NCBI GenBank assembly: GCA_016867415.1
Contig: VGJO01000001.1
Location: forward strand, 7,823-71,822
DNA: 64,000 nt
Reading direction: 5' to 3'
DNA from: Candidatus Harrisonbacteria bacterium
GTDB taxonomy: Bacteria > Patescibacteriota > Minisyncoccia > UBA6257 > UBA11618
The first letter of the stretch is position 1. Each line of letters opens with the position of its first letter. The position numbers and the translations under genes were made by a program. Shown in pieces: positions 48,076 through 57,416 of the stretch. The notes under the pieces were generated by a model. It had not been told where the DNA came from, did no database searches, and saw only the letters and a list, made by a program, of their open reading frames with translations.

Positions 48076-48182
48076 TTAATTAAGCGAAGTGAAATACAAT
48101 TATTTCGTAATAATAATTAAATAGATTATTCCATATCTATTATTATGAAGTCACCTTTATTTTAGAATCGAAGTAGGTTACC

Positions 48183-48725
48183 TTATTCTTCCCCAGTTAT
48201 TTCTTTATATTGGGCAGGATCTATATTCATTTTTATTTCCTGGGTGTCTGGATATTCGTGAAGAGCTTCGTAAAGTTTGCTGAATTTTTGTAGATCCACC
48301 TCAGGAAGAGTTTGAAAAAACTGTGGCGCTTCTCCCTGAAAAATCCATTGTACTGATCCTTGTTCCGCCATCCGTGCTCCAAAATCCGAGAGAAGTTTCC
48401 GGAGTTCTGATATTGTCCGATTACTATTATCGGTAATACAGGGGATAAGAAGAGCTACACCCCCCGTTCCATATGCTTCGATAATAATCTCTAAAAGTGG
48501 CCGTTCACTCATCTTATGAATAGCCCGCTCAATATTATCTTGAGGAAGAGATGCCGCCCGCGCCTTCTCAATCAAGCTCCGGAGCCGAGGATTAAACTGC
48601 GGATTTTTTTCTTCTCGAGCCGCTAAAGTAATCGCCGCTAAGATCTTGGAAAAAACCCTATTTTTCTTTTTATCCACTACTTCTTTCCGGTTTTTTATCT
48701 GTTTCCATTTATTATGCCCCGCCAT
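48183..48725 (-). CDS. YebC/PmpR-family transcriptional regulator (short, 180 aa)
   Basis: N-terminal MAGHNKWKQIKNRK signature; classic yebC-ruvC linkage. Confidence 0.8.
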   Translation of the reverse strand: MAGHNKWKQIKNRKEVVDKKKNRVFSKILAAITLAAREEKNPQFNPRLRSLIEKARAASLPQDNIERAIHKMSERPLLEIIIEAYGTGGVALLIPCITDNSNRTISELRKLLSDFGARMAEQGSVQWIFQGEAPQFFQTLPEVDLQKFSKLYEALHEYPDTQEIKMNIDPAQYKEITGEE

Positions 48726-48962
48726 ATCTCTTAAAAAGTATCCTACTTTAAATTATAAATCCGCTTCTTAATCTGTTTCTTCTTTATTTCGAGCGAGCCG
48801 CTTTTTCTGAAGCGAAGTACTACCAAATAAAAAAAGGTAACATAAACTGAAGAAAAAGATGGCGCAGCCGAAAGAAGTAGAAATAGGTAAGAATAGGATC
48901 TTGTAATTCAAAGTATAATAATGAGGCCAAAAAGAAAAGCGTAATAAGGTATAATAGTGTAA

Positions 48963-50714
48963 ATGGGAGTTATCGAAGAAAAGTTAAAGCGCATGAAGCG
49001 TGAAGCCGAAGAGCGCCAAGTCGCCTATCTTGCTCTTACTCATAATTTTAATTATCAAGATCCGAAGGATTTGATTATTAAAACCGAAATAAAAAATATT
49101 TTTGAAAAAAATAGAGAAAGCTTTACTCATGCTCTTCCCTTGCAATTCGCCGACAATCGTCTCGTCTGTGCAATAAAAAATCCATCCGATTGGCAAGCCG
49201 TTTCTATTCCTACCCATATTCTCCCTTTAGGCGCCCCGCCTACTGCCGTCCTCGTCTCCACGACTACCTTCACGGAATTAAAAAATCAATTATCCGATGA
49301 GCCTAATGGAGGATCAGAAGAAAAATCAGAAAGTGAGACACATAATGAGGAAAAACCCGTTCTTCTTCCCGACACTCTTCTTCCCGCTTCAAAAGAGACG
49401 CCTTCGGAAGGAGAGTTAGAAAAAGAAAAGGAATATGAGTTTAATCCAAAAAATCTTTTCGCTTCCATTAAAAGCCTTTTTGATCTCCGCGATTTCTTTG
49501 CCCGGGAAAAAAATGTAATTTCCATCACCGATCTTGTTGGTATTCTTCTTGTAAGCGGAGTTTCTTTAGGCGCCTCTGATATTCACCTTGAAGCGGGAAG
49601 AGATGCTTTTAAAGTTCGCTACCGCCTCGATGGCCGCCTCCTCGACGCTCTTGATAATCTTGAGTACAACTATCACAATCTTGTCACCCGTATAAAACTT
49701 CTCGGTGGGCTTAAAATTGATATCACTGCCCGTCCCCAAGATGGCCACTTCTCTTTCAGTATTGGTGATCGCGCCGTTGATTTCCGCGTCTCCTCGATTC
49801 CTACCGAACTTGGTGAAAATATTGTTCTCCGCATTCTCGATCCGCAATCGATTAAAGTATCCTTAAACGATCTTGGTCTCCGCCCTGATGATCTCATAAT
49901 TATCAAAAAATATATTAAGGCGCCCAATGGCTTGATTGCTCTCACTGGACCTACTGGTTCTGGTAAGACTACTACTCTCTACAGTTTCTTAGAGGAACGT
50001 AAAACTGATTCGGTAAAAATTATCACCATTGAAGATCCAATCGAGTATCATGTAGGCGGTATTGAGCAGACTGAAGTGAATATCTCCTCGGGTTATACCT
50101 TCGCTTCCGGCCTTTCCGCCATCCTCCGCCAGGATCCTGATATTATCTTCGTCGGTGAGATTCGCGACAATAAGACCGCTGATATTGCTCTCCAAGCCGC
50201 TCTCACTGGTCACCTTGTCTTTACGACCGTCCACGCCAACGATGCTGCAGGCGCGATTCCTCGTTTTATAAATCTTGGCGCCATTCCACTCGTCTTAGGG
50301 CCAGCTCTTAGGATTATAATTGCCGAACGTCTCCTCCGTCGCCTCTGTCCTTATTGTAAAAAAGAGCAGGTACTTTCTCCGGAGTTTTTGGCTCAGTTAC
50401 AATCTTTAATAAAAGGATTACCATCTAGGGTAATTCGATCTCACGATAGTCCTTTTTCAGTATTTGAGCCCGTTGGTTGTGATAAGTGTAATGGCGAAGG
50501 TTTTAAAGGCCGCATCGGCATCTTCGAGCTCATCGAGCGCACGCCCGATCTTGAATCAGCGATTGAGCGTGGAGCAGGGGAGTCCGAACTTCGCATTATT
50601 GCCAAGAAAAATAGTTTCGTCAGCATGCAGGAAGATGGCCTCCTTAAAGTTCTCTCAGGTATCACAAGCCTCTCCGAACTCGAACTCACAACCGGCCCCC
50701 TTTCCCTCGAATAA
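48963..50714 (+). CDS. Type II/IV secretion system ATPase, PilB/GspE family
   Basis: N-terminal GspE_N-like region, Walker A GPTGSGKTTTL, Asp box, Walker B IIFVGEIRD, His box TVHAND, and a tetracysteine CPYC...CDKC motif. Confidence 0.85.
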   Translation: MGVIEEKLKRMKREAEERQVAYLALTHNFNYQDPKDLIIKTEIKNIFEKNRESFTHALPLQFADNRLVCAIKNPSDWQAVSIPTHILPLGAPPTAVLVSTTTFTELKNQLSDEPNGGSEEKSESETHNEEKPVLLPDTLLPASKETPSEGELEKEKEYEFNPKNLFASIKSLFDLRDFFAREKNVISITDLVGILLVSGVSLGASDIHLEAGRDAFKVRYRLDGRLLDALDNLEYNYHNLVTRIKLLGGLKIDITARPQDGHFSFSIGDRAVDFRVSSIPTELGENIVLRILDPQSIKVSLNDLGLRPDDLIIIKKYIKAPNGLIALTGPTGSGKTTTLYSFLEERKTDSVKIITIEDPIEYHVGGIEQTEVNISSGYTFASGLSAILRQDPDIIFVGEIRDNKTADIALQAALTGHLVFTTVHANDAAGAIPRFINLGAIPLVLGPALRIIIAERLLRRLCPYCKKEQVLSPEFLAQLQSLIKGLPSRVIRSHDSPFSVFEPVGCDKCNGEGFKGRIGIFELIERTPDLESAIERGAGESELRIIAKKNSFVSMQEDGLLKVLSGITSLSELELTTGPLSLE

Positions 50715-50906
50715 AAAAATCCCCAAGAAACTTCTTCTAAGAAGGGAAATCTTTTTGATAAATCCACCGAGAAAATTTTATTTTTTCTTTCGTCACATCA
50801 TCACCCAGCGTAAGCGAAGTATTTTTATTTTATCTTCTCGTATTTATATGAACATAAAAGAATTTTCAATTTATTTCATCAGTGCTGGCGTACAATACGT
50901 AAAAGT

Positions 50907-51070
50907 ATAGGATTTTTCCTTAGGGCTAGGGGAAAGAGAATAATAAGAGGAGGTATACTGGGCTAATGTATTTACTGCAAGTAGTGAGTGCTCTCTCTGG
51001 TGTAGGCCCCAAGTACTCGAGGTATAAGACGAGAAATCAGAGCCTCTGATAATGCCCTAAAGAAAAAAAT
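50907..51070 (+). repeat. Family-1 variant repeat, copy I
   Basis: TAGGATTTTTCCTTAGGGCTAGGGGAAAG...GCCCTAAAGAAAAAAAT, with closing stem TTAGGGC/GCCCTAA. Related to copy G. Confidence 0.45.
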
Positions 51071-51092
51071 AGTAAAGATGAATAAAGGCCAT

Positions 51093-51246
51093 TGATCTGT
51101 GGGCACAGTCACGAAATATAAATATATGTGACATAACCAATTCCCTTTTAATAAATAAAAGAGTTAGAATCTCCTTGAGGAGTAGCCCAGCCGAAACCAA
51201 GCTATCCGGGTGCTAAAAGAAATTCCCGCCCACAGATCAATAGCCT
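51093..51246. repeat. Element bounded by a perfect 14-bp inverted repeat (ATTGATCTGTGGGC ... GCCCACAGATCAAT) within the 710-bp pilB-ruvB intergenic region
   Basis: Direct reading. It has an internal hairpin GTCACGAAATATAAATATATGTGAC and no ORF. Confidence 0.45.
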
Positions 51247-51425
51247 CTATTTCTAGTGATTTTCAAGCTCCTAACCATTTGATCATAGCATAGTAAAATT
51301 CATTTGTCAATAATTCCGCCTTTTTTTAAAAAAAACTATAAAAACTGGAAAATGAGTTTTTCCTTCATTTCTTCCTTAATTTTCCTAAAAACATTACACT
51401 CTAAAAAAGCCGAAGCGGAGAAAAC

Positions 51426-52460
51426 GTGATTTTTTGTAATCAAAATATTTTTCGTTCTACGAGCACTAAAAAGGAAAACATGGATAACATAACTGTTGAT
51501 ACCCTTTTAAGGCCTACCGACTGGAATGACTACATTGGCCAAGAAAAAGTGAAAAAAAACCTCCGGATCATCATCGACGCCGCCAAAAAACGCGGTGAAT
51601 CCGCCGACCACCTTCTCTTTCATGGTCAAGCCGGCTTAGGCAAGACTACCTTGGCTCACCTTGTTGCTCATGATCTTCAGGCTAATTTAAAGATCACCAC
51701 CGGCCCCGCCTTAGAAAAAATGGGAGATCTTGCCGCTGTGCTAAGCAATCTTGAAGATCGCGATGTCCTTTTTATCGACGAGATTCACCGACTCAACAAA
51801 TCAATTGAAGAGGTGCTCTACCCGGCCATGGAGAGCCGCAAGCTTCATATTATTGTTGGAAAGGGTCCTGGCGCCCGCACCGTCTCCCTTGATCTCCCTC
51901 CTTTCACCATCATCGCCGCTACGACCAAGCCCCATCTTGTCTCCGGGCCACTCCGTTCTCGCTTTGGCGCCAGCTTCAAACTCGATTTTTACGAACTTAC
52001 TGATATTGAGCGGATTATCGCTCGCTCCGCTGAGACTCTTTCCTTATCTATCGACCCTGAGGCTATTCATGAGCTTGCACTTGCTTCCCGAGCTACTCCT
52101 CGCGTTGCCAACCGGCTCTTAAAGCGCGTCCGTGACTACGCCGAGGTCCATAACCATTCCATAATTAATAAAGAAGTAGTAAGAAAAACTCTTGAAGTTC
52201 TTGATATTGATTCTATTGGCCTCGAGCCTATGGACCGGCGTCTCATCGAGCTTATTATCTCTAATTTCAACGGCGGGCCCGTCGGCGTTAATTCTCTTGC
52301 CGCCGCCTTGAACGATGACGTGGGAAATATCGAAGACGTCTATGAGCCTTTCCTTATTTCTCTTGGATTTCTTATCCGTACCCCTTCTGGAAGGATTGCG
52401 ACCGACGCCGCCTATCACCACCTTGGTCTTCCCGAGAAAGAAAATCGCTTCATTAAATAA
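51426..52460 (+). CDS. ruvB: Holliday junction branch-migration helicase RuvB (likely start at MDNITVD, ~51480)
   Basis: Walker A GQAGLGKTTLA, Walker B LFIDEIHRL, sensor motifs, and a C-terminal winged helix. Confidence 0.9.
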   Translation: MIFCNQNIFRSTSTKKENMDNITVDTLLRPTDWNDYIGQEKVKKNLRIIIDAAKKRGESADHLLFHGQAGLGKTTLAHLVAHDLQANLKITTGPALEKMGDLAAVLSNLEDRDVLFIDEIHRLNKSIEEVLYPAMESRKLHIIVGKGPGARTVSLDLPPFTIIAATTKPHLVSGPLRSRFGASFKLDFYELTDIERIIARSAETLSLSIDPEAIHELALASRATPRVANRLLKRVRDYAEVHNHSIINKEVVRKTLEVLDIDSIGLEPMDRRLIELIISNFNGGPVGVNSLAAALNDDVGNIEDVYEPFLISLGFLIRTPSGRIATDAAYHHLGLPEKENRFIK

Positions 52461-52471
52461 ATACTTCCCAC

Positions 52472-52900
52472 ATGATAAAAAATTTCCACTCTGATTCTCT
52501 TTCTGACACTGATGTAATTGCCGGGGAAATCCTCTCCGAATTTCCCGCTCGTATCTACGCACTTATTGGTGACCTTGGTTCCGGTAAGACCACTCTTGCT
52601 AAATCCCTTCTCTACAGAGCTGGAGTAAAAGACGAGGTCACGAGCCCTACCTTTATTATCTTTAAAAAATATCCAGTCGGCGACCGTATATACCTGCACA
52701 TGGATTGTTACCGTCTAGAGTCCCTTGAAGAACTCAAGCCTCTTCACTTTAAAAAAGAATTGGCCGACCCTAAAAATATCTGTATTATTGAGTGGGCTGA
52801 TAAAATAGAAGAAATTCTCCCCAAAGACCGAGTGGAAATCCGTTGCACCCCCGGCCCCCACCCCGACTCCCGAATCTTCACAGTTATTCAACTTCCTTAA
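52472..52900 (+). CDS. tsaE: tRNA threonylcarbamoyladenosine biosynthesis protein TsaE (YjeE-like P-loop)
   Basis: P-loop GDLGSGKTT, ...SPTF.I...Y...H.D.YRL motif. Confidence 0.7.
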   Translation: MIKNFHSDSLSDTDVIAGEILSEFPARIYALIGDLGSGKTTLAKSLLYRAGVKDEVTSPTFIIFKKYPVGDRIYLHMDCYRLESLEELKPLHFKKELADPKNICIIEWADKIEEILPKDRVEIRCTPGPHPDSRIFTVIQLP

Positions 52901-52963
52901 TTCGCTACATTTTTAGACAAGTTTAAATTAGAGGAGGTATTTAAAAATCGTTGCATCACACAT

Positions 52964-53081
52964 GCGCAGGATTTTTGAGAAGAGTTTGGATTTTCTTTAC
53001 GAGTACCGAACGGAGCATGCTCTAAAAGTCTGTGAGTACGGAACACAGTAAAAAAATTCAAAATATTCCAAAAATACAAGC
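52964..53081 (+). repeat. Family-1 structured repeat, copy F (directly upstream of the polA 5'-3' exonuclease ORF)
   Basis: ~85% identical to copy A: GCGCAGGATTTTTGAGAAGAGTTTGGATTTTCTTTACGAGTACCGAACGGAGCATGCT...GTCTGTGAGTACGGAACACAGTAAAAAAATTCAAAATATTCCAAAAATACAAGC. Confidence 0.6.
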
Positions 53082-53089
53082 TTAACCCC

Positions 53090-53962
53090 ATGAAAAAGAC
53101 TCTTATTTTAATAGATACTTTCGGCCTAGTCTTTCGCTTCTTCTTCGCCCTGCCGCCCTTAAGTACCAAAGATGGCCGCGTCGTAAATGTCGTCTTCGGC
53201 CTCGCCAATCTCCTCCTTAAAATTCGCAAAGAACAGCACCCTGATTATTTAGCCGCCGCCTTTGATCTCCCTGCCCCTACTTTCCGGGATAAGCTCTATG
53301 ATCAGTATAAGATTCACCGTCCCACTCCGCCGAATGATCTGATTTCTCAAATTCCGCTCGTACGCAAACTTCTCGAGATTTTCCGTATCCCCATCCTTTC
53401 TGCTGAGGGTTTTGAAGCTGATGATGTTTTAGGGAGTGTTACTGAAAAATTTCTCTCCGAGCCGAATCTTATTCAGATTATTTTCTCTGGCGACAAAGAT
53501 CTTCTTCAGCTTATTAAGGACGATAAAGTGCTGGTTAAATTTTTAAAAAAAGGTATTTCGGACAGCGATTTATATAATGAATCTTCCGTAGTCAGTCACT
53601 TAGGTGTCGCCCCGAAAGCCATCCCTGATCTTAAAGGTCTTCTAGGGGACTCTTCCGATAATCTTCCTGGTGTAAAAGGAATAGGGGATAAGACCGCCGT
53701 CCCACTCATCCTTAAATATGGATCCTTAGAAAAAGTATACGAAAATCTCTGGGAAATTCCGGAAAAAATCAGTAAGAAACTCGAAGTTGGTAAAGAATCC
53801 GCTTTTATTACTAAAGAACTTGCTACTATAAGAAAAGATGTCCCACTCTCTTTATCTTTAGAGAATCTTAAAAATTATCCACTTGATAAGGCAGCTCTCG
53901 GTACCTTTTTTCATGAACTCGATTTCATTAGTCTTGAAAATAAGTTGTCTTTTACAGATTAA
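53090..53962 (+). CDS. polA: 5'-3' exonuclease (FEN-like; equivalent to the DNA polymerase I N-terminal domain) as a stand-alone ORF
   Basis: MKKTLILIDTFGLVFRFFFA..., acidic metal-binding residues, and the H3TH motif ...IPGVKGIGDKTA... Confidence 0.85.
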   Translation: MKKTLILIDTFGLVFRFFFALPPLSTKDGRVVNVVFGLANLLLKIRKEQHPDYLAAAFDLPAPTFRDKLYDQYKIHRPTPPNDLISQIPLVRKLLEIFRIPILSAEGFEADDVLGSVTEKFLSEPNLIQIIFSGDKDLLQLIKDDKVLVKFLKKGISDSDLYNESSVVSHLGVAPKAIPDLKGLLGDSSDNLPGVKGIGDKTAVPLILKYGSLEKVYENLWEIPEKISKKLEVGKESAFITKELATIRKDVPLSLSLENLKNYPLDKAALGTFFHELDFISLENKLSFTD

Positions 53963-53979
53963 ATTCTATATTCAAATAA

Positions 53980-55278
53980 ATGTTTGAAGAAGAAAAACAA
54001 AAAATAGCTAATTGGCTTTTAAACCCCGATCATCCAGAGTCTCTTTCTTTAGAAGAAGCGGAGGAAAGGCTTCGCACTCTTTCTCTGTGGAAAGTGTACG
54101 AAGAAATTGAAGTGCCTTTATTCCCGATTTTAAAAGACATGTCAGCGACCGGCATTCGTCTCGATCATAGTCGTCTTGCTTCGCTCGCTAAAGAATTAAA
54201 AGATGAGATTGCTAAAGAAACCAAGGAGATTTTTGCCTTAGCTGGTGGGGAATTTAATCTTAATTCTCCCAAGCAGGTTGCAGATATCCTTTTTACTAAT
54301 CTCGGCTTAAAGCCGTTGAAAAAAAACAGTAAATCCGGCACCTCCTCCACCGATTATGAAACTTTAGTGAGTCTTAAGGCTGCCCACCCCATCGTCGAGC
54401 ATCTCCTTAAATCCCGAGAGCTTATAAAAATAGAAGGCACGTACGTAAGTAAACTCCTTTCTGCTCCCGAGCGCATTCATGCGGTTTTTAATCAGATGGG
54501 CGCCGCTACTGGCCGCTTCAGTTCCCACGACCCTAACATGCAAAATATTCCTCCAGTAGTGAAGCAGGTGTTTATTCCTAGCGATGGCTTTACTTTTGTC
54601 TCCCTCGATTATTCTCAAATCGAACTTCGCTTAATCGCTAGTCTTTCAGGGGATGAGACGATGATTGCTGCTTTCAAGAAAGGCATAGATATTCATCGCC
54701 TTACCGCCTCTAAGATATTCAAAATTCCCCTGCAAGAAGTAGATGATAGAATGCGCGGGATGGCGAAGACTTTAAACTTTGGCATTATCTATGGCATGGG
54801 CAGCGTTGCTTTTAGTAAACAAGCTGGCGTCACCCGCAAGGAAGCCGAAGCATTCATTAAAGAATATTTCAAAAATTTCAGCGCCATTAAAAACTATGAA
54901 GAAGATATTGTGATGCAAGCCTTGCAAGTCGGTTATACCGAGAATATTCATGGTCGTAAACGTTTCCTTCCTGACCTGGCTTCAAGAAATTCTTTCTTGG
55001 CAAATAATGCTCGCCGAGCCGCTATTAATATGCCGGTCCAAAGTCTTGGTGCTGATGTCATCAAGCTCGCCATGATTAAGTTTTGGGAAAAGTACCATGC
55101 CAACAGCTCAGTAAAACTTCTTCTTTCTATTCACGATGAACTTCTTTTTGAAATAAAAGACAGCAAGATAGATTTAGTGATTCCTGATCTAATAAAAATT
55201 ATGGAAAGCGTCCTCTCTCTTTCTGTTCCTCTAAAAGTAGATGTAGCTAAAGGAAAACGCTGGTCTGATCTCTCGTAA
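53980..55278 (+). CDS. polA: DNA polymerase I polymerase domain only (432 aa), with no 3'-5' exonuclease domain
   Basis: Motif A ...LVSLDYSQIELR.., motif B RRAAINMPVQSLGADVIK, motif C SIHDELLFE. It starts 17 bp after the exonuclease ORF stop. Confidence 0.85.
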   Translation: MFEEEKQKIANWLLNPDHPESLSLEEAEERLRTLSLWKVYEEIEVPLFPILKDMSATGIRLDHSRLASLAKELKDEIAKETKEIFALAGGEFNLNSPKQVADILFTNLGLKPLKKNSKSGTSSTDYETLVSLKAAHPIVEHLLKSRELIKIEGTYVSKLLSAPERIHAVFNQMGAATGRFSSHDPNMQNIPPVVKQVFIPSDGFTFVSLDYSQIELRLIASLSGDETMIAAFKKGIDIHRLTASKIFKIPLQEVDDRMRGMAKTLNFGIIYGMGSVAFSKQAGVTRKEAEAFIKEYFKNFSAIKNYEEDIVMQALQVGYTENIHGRKRFLPDLASRNSFLANNARRAAINMPVQSLGADVIKLAMIKFWEKYHANSSVKLLLSIHDELLFEIKDSKIDLVIPDLIKIMESVLSLSVPLKVDVAKGKRWSDLS

Positions 55279-55389
55279 TAATCTGGTACAATACAAGGTG
55301 AACTAGTTTTTTTCATTCCGGACTCGCTGTGCTCCGCTGAAGCTTCAGCGTAAGTAGGATTAGGAATCTATGTAAATAATTAACTCCAC

Positions 55390-56511
55390 ATGAGTTTTTT
55401 TTCTAAAAAATCCCCCCCTTCCCCTCCTTGGAGCTTTGAAAAAGGTGCTCTTCTCTCTCTTCTTGAAGCGCTCGATGTAAACGCCGCCATTGTCTATGCG
55501 CCGGATTTTACCATTCTTTCTGTAAACTCCACCGCCGAAAAAATTTTTTCCATTAAAAAAGAAGATCTTGTTGGTAAGATTTTTTCTCTTGATATTGCAA
55601 AGAATTTTCCTTCTAGGCTCTTTGCCGAGGTTATGTATATCTCTTTGGCACCAAGCGTTATCCGACATTCTGATCCAGGAGTTTTCCCACAAATTCTTGA
55701 GCTTTCCTTAGAAAATCCGCAAAGAAATCTGAGAGTTGTGACGAGCGAGATTCGTGATGGAGAGGGAAGACTCTGGGGTTTTGTGAAGGTGGTGAGTGAT
55801 AGCACGGAGACCGTGGCCTTGAGCCGGGCAAAGAGTGACTTTATTGCCATTGCCGCTCACCAACTTCGGACGCCTACGATTGCCGTCAGTTGGGCTATTG
55901 ATTCTCTTATCTCCGCTTTAGGGAATCCCGCTGACAAGGAAATCGCTATGATAGCCAAGACTGCTACGCAAAATCTCTTAAAGATCATCAATGATCTCCT
56001 TCGTGCCGCCGAGATTGATGAGGGTCGTTTCGGCTACGAGTTTGCCGAGTTTGATCTTATTCCTTTCTTAGAAAAAATTCTTTTAGACGCCGAGCTCATT
56101 AGTCGGGAATTTGGCGTGAGACTCTACTTTAAAAAAGCTATTGAAGATAAAGTGCTTATAAAAGGGAACAGTACTCAGCTTGGTCTCTGCTTTGCCTCCT
56201 TGATCGATAATGCGATTAAGTACAATGTGAAAAATGGCGAGGTCTGGGTTGGAGCTAGACCTACTCCCGATAATAAGTACATTGAAGTCGCTATCAAAGA
56301 CACTGGCGTGGGTATCTCTGATGAAGATCAGAAAAAAATCTTTACTAAATTTTTCCGAGCTCCAAGCGTAGTCAAAGCGGAAACTACCGGCAGCGGACTC
56401 GGCCTCTATTTAGCCAAAAATATCATTGAGCGCCATGGTGGTACAATCTCTTTTACTTCCATCCTCGGCCGAGGCACCACCTTCTTGATTAAGTTGCCCT
56501 TAGCCTTATAA
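55390..56511 (+). CDS. Sensor histidine kinase (PAS-like sensor + HisKA + HATPase_c); no response regulator adjacent
   Basis: H-box AAHQLRTPT, N-box, and G boxes DTGVGISDED and GSGLGLYLAK. Confidence 0.85.
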   Translation: MSFFSKKSPPSPPWSFEKGALLSLLEALDVNAAIVYAPDFTILSVNSTAEKIFSIKKEDLVGKIFSLDIAKNFPSRLFAEVMYISLAPSVIRHSDPGVFPQILELSLENPQRNLRVVTSEIRDGEGRLWGFVKVVSDSTETVALSRAKSDFIAIAAHQLRTPTIAVSWAIDSLISALGNPADKEIAMIAKTATQNLLKIINDLLRAAEIDEGRFGYEFAEFDLIPFLEKILLDAELISREFGVRLYFKKAIEDKVLIKGNSTQLGLCFASLIDNAIKYNVKNGEVWVGARPTPDNKYIEVAIKDTGVGISDEDQKKIFTKFFRAPSVVKAETTGSGLGLYLAKNIIERHGGTISFTSILGRGTTFLIKLPLAL

Positions 56512-56521
56512 TTCCAGGGCA

Positions 56522-57373
56522 ATGCCCGAGCTTCCCGAAGTTGAAACCACTGTCCGTGACCTAAAAAGAATTCTCATCGGCCGGAAAATTACCTCCGTCT
56601 GGTTTGATGTGCCTAAATTCAAATCCATCGCTAAGACCAAAGGCTTAAAGATCGAAGGAATCACTCGCCAAGGGAAAAACATCCTCTTTTCTTTAAGTGG
56701 AGGTCATGTCCTTCTCGTCCATATGAAGATGACCGGCCATCTCCTTCTAGGGAAGTGGCGGATAGGCAAAAAAGGCGTTGAGCCCATCTCACCTGCCGTT
56801 ATTAAAGAGCGGGTGAATAGCTATATTCACTTCATCCTCTCCTTTGATAAAGGGCCGATGCTCGGCTTTTCTGATCTTAGAAAATTTGGGAATGTTAAAT
56901 TTGGCAAGGCTGATAGTGTTGCTGCTGGAAAAGATCTCACCTCTCTCGGTCCCGACGTTCTTATAGTTGATTCTAAAGTATTCAGTGATCGTATCCGCGC
57001 TCGCAAGAAAAAGATCTACCAAATCCTCCTCGATCAGACCGTCATCTCCGGCCCGGGAAATATTTATGTGAACGAATCCCTTTTTCTTTCCGGCATTCAT
57101 CCGGAGACCGTGTCTTCTCAAATTTCTCCAGCGCTCCTAAAGCGCCTCCATAGTAAGCTCGCTGAGATTCTTACAGTGGGAGTCAATCTCGGCGGTACCT
57201 CTCTTGATGATTATCGCCGCCCAAACGGAGAAAGGGGATTCTTTGGTAATAAAATCCAGATCTATGGCCGAGAAAAGCTTCCTTGTATGGTTTGCGGTAC
57301 TATTATTATGAGAAAAAAGATCGGCGCCCGCTCTGCCTTCTTCTGTCTCAAATGCCAAAAACCAAAAAGATAA
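56522..57373 (+). CDS. mutM: Formamidopyrimidine-DNA glycosylase (Fpg/MutM)
   Basis: N-terminal MPELPEVET (catalytic Pro2/Glu3), H2TH, and the C-terminal zinc finger C.VCG......C..CQ. Confidence 0.9.
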   Translation: MPELPEVETTVRDLKRILIGRKITSVWFDVPKFKSIAKTKGLKIEGITRQGKNILFSLSGGHVLLVHMKMTGHLLLGKWRIGKKGVEPISPAVIKERVNSYIHFILSFDKGPMLGFSDLRKFGNVKFGKADSVAAGKDLTSLGPDVLIVDSKVFSDRIRARKKKIYQILLDQTVISGPGNIYVNESLFLSGIHPETVSSQISPALLKRLHSKLAEILTVGVNLGGTSLDDYRRPNGERGFFGNKIQIYGREKLPCMVCGTIIMRKKIGARSAFFCLKCQKPKR

Positions 57374-57377
57374 TGAT

Positions 57378-57405
57378 CATTCCGGACTCCGAGCCGGAAT
57401 CTAGT
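57378..57405. repeat. REP-like unit TCATTCCGG-ACTCCGAG-CCGGAATCTAG immediately after the mutM stop
   Basis: Same family as 9378 and 17881. Confidence 0.6.
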
Positions 57406-57416
57406 TCTTACTTAAT

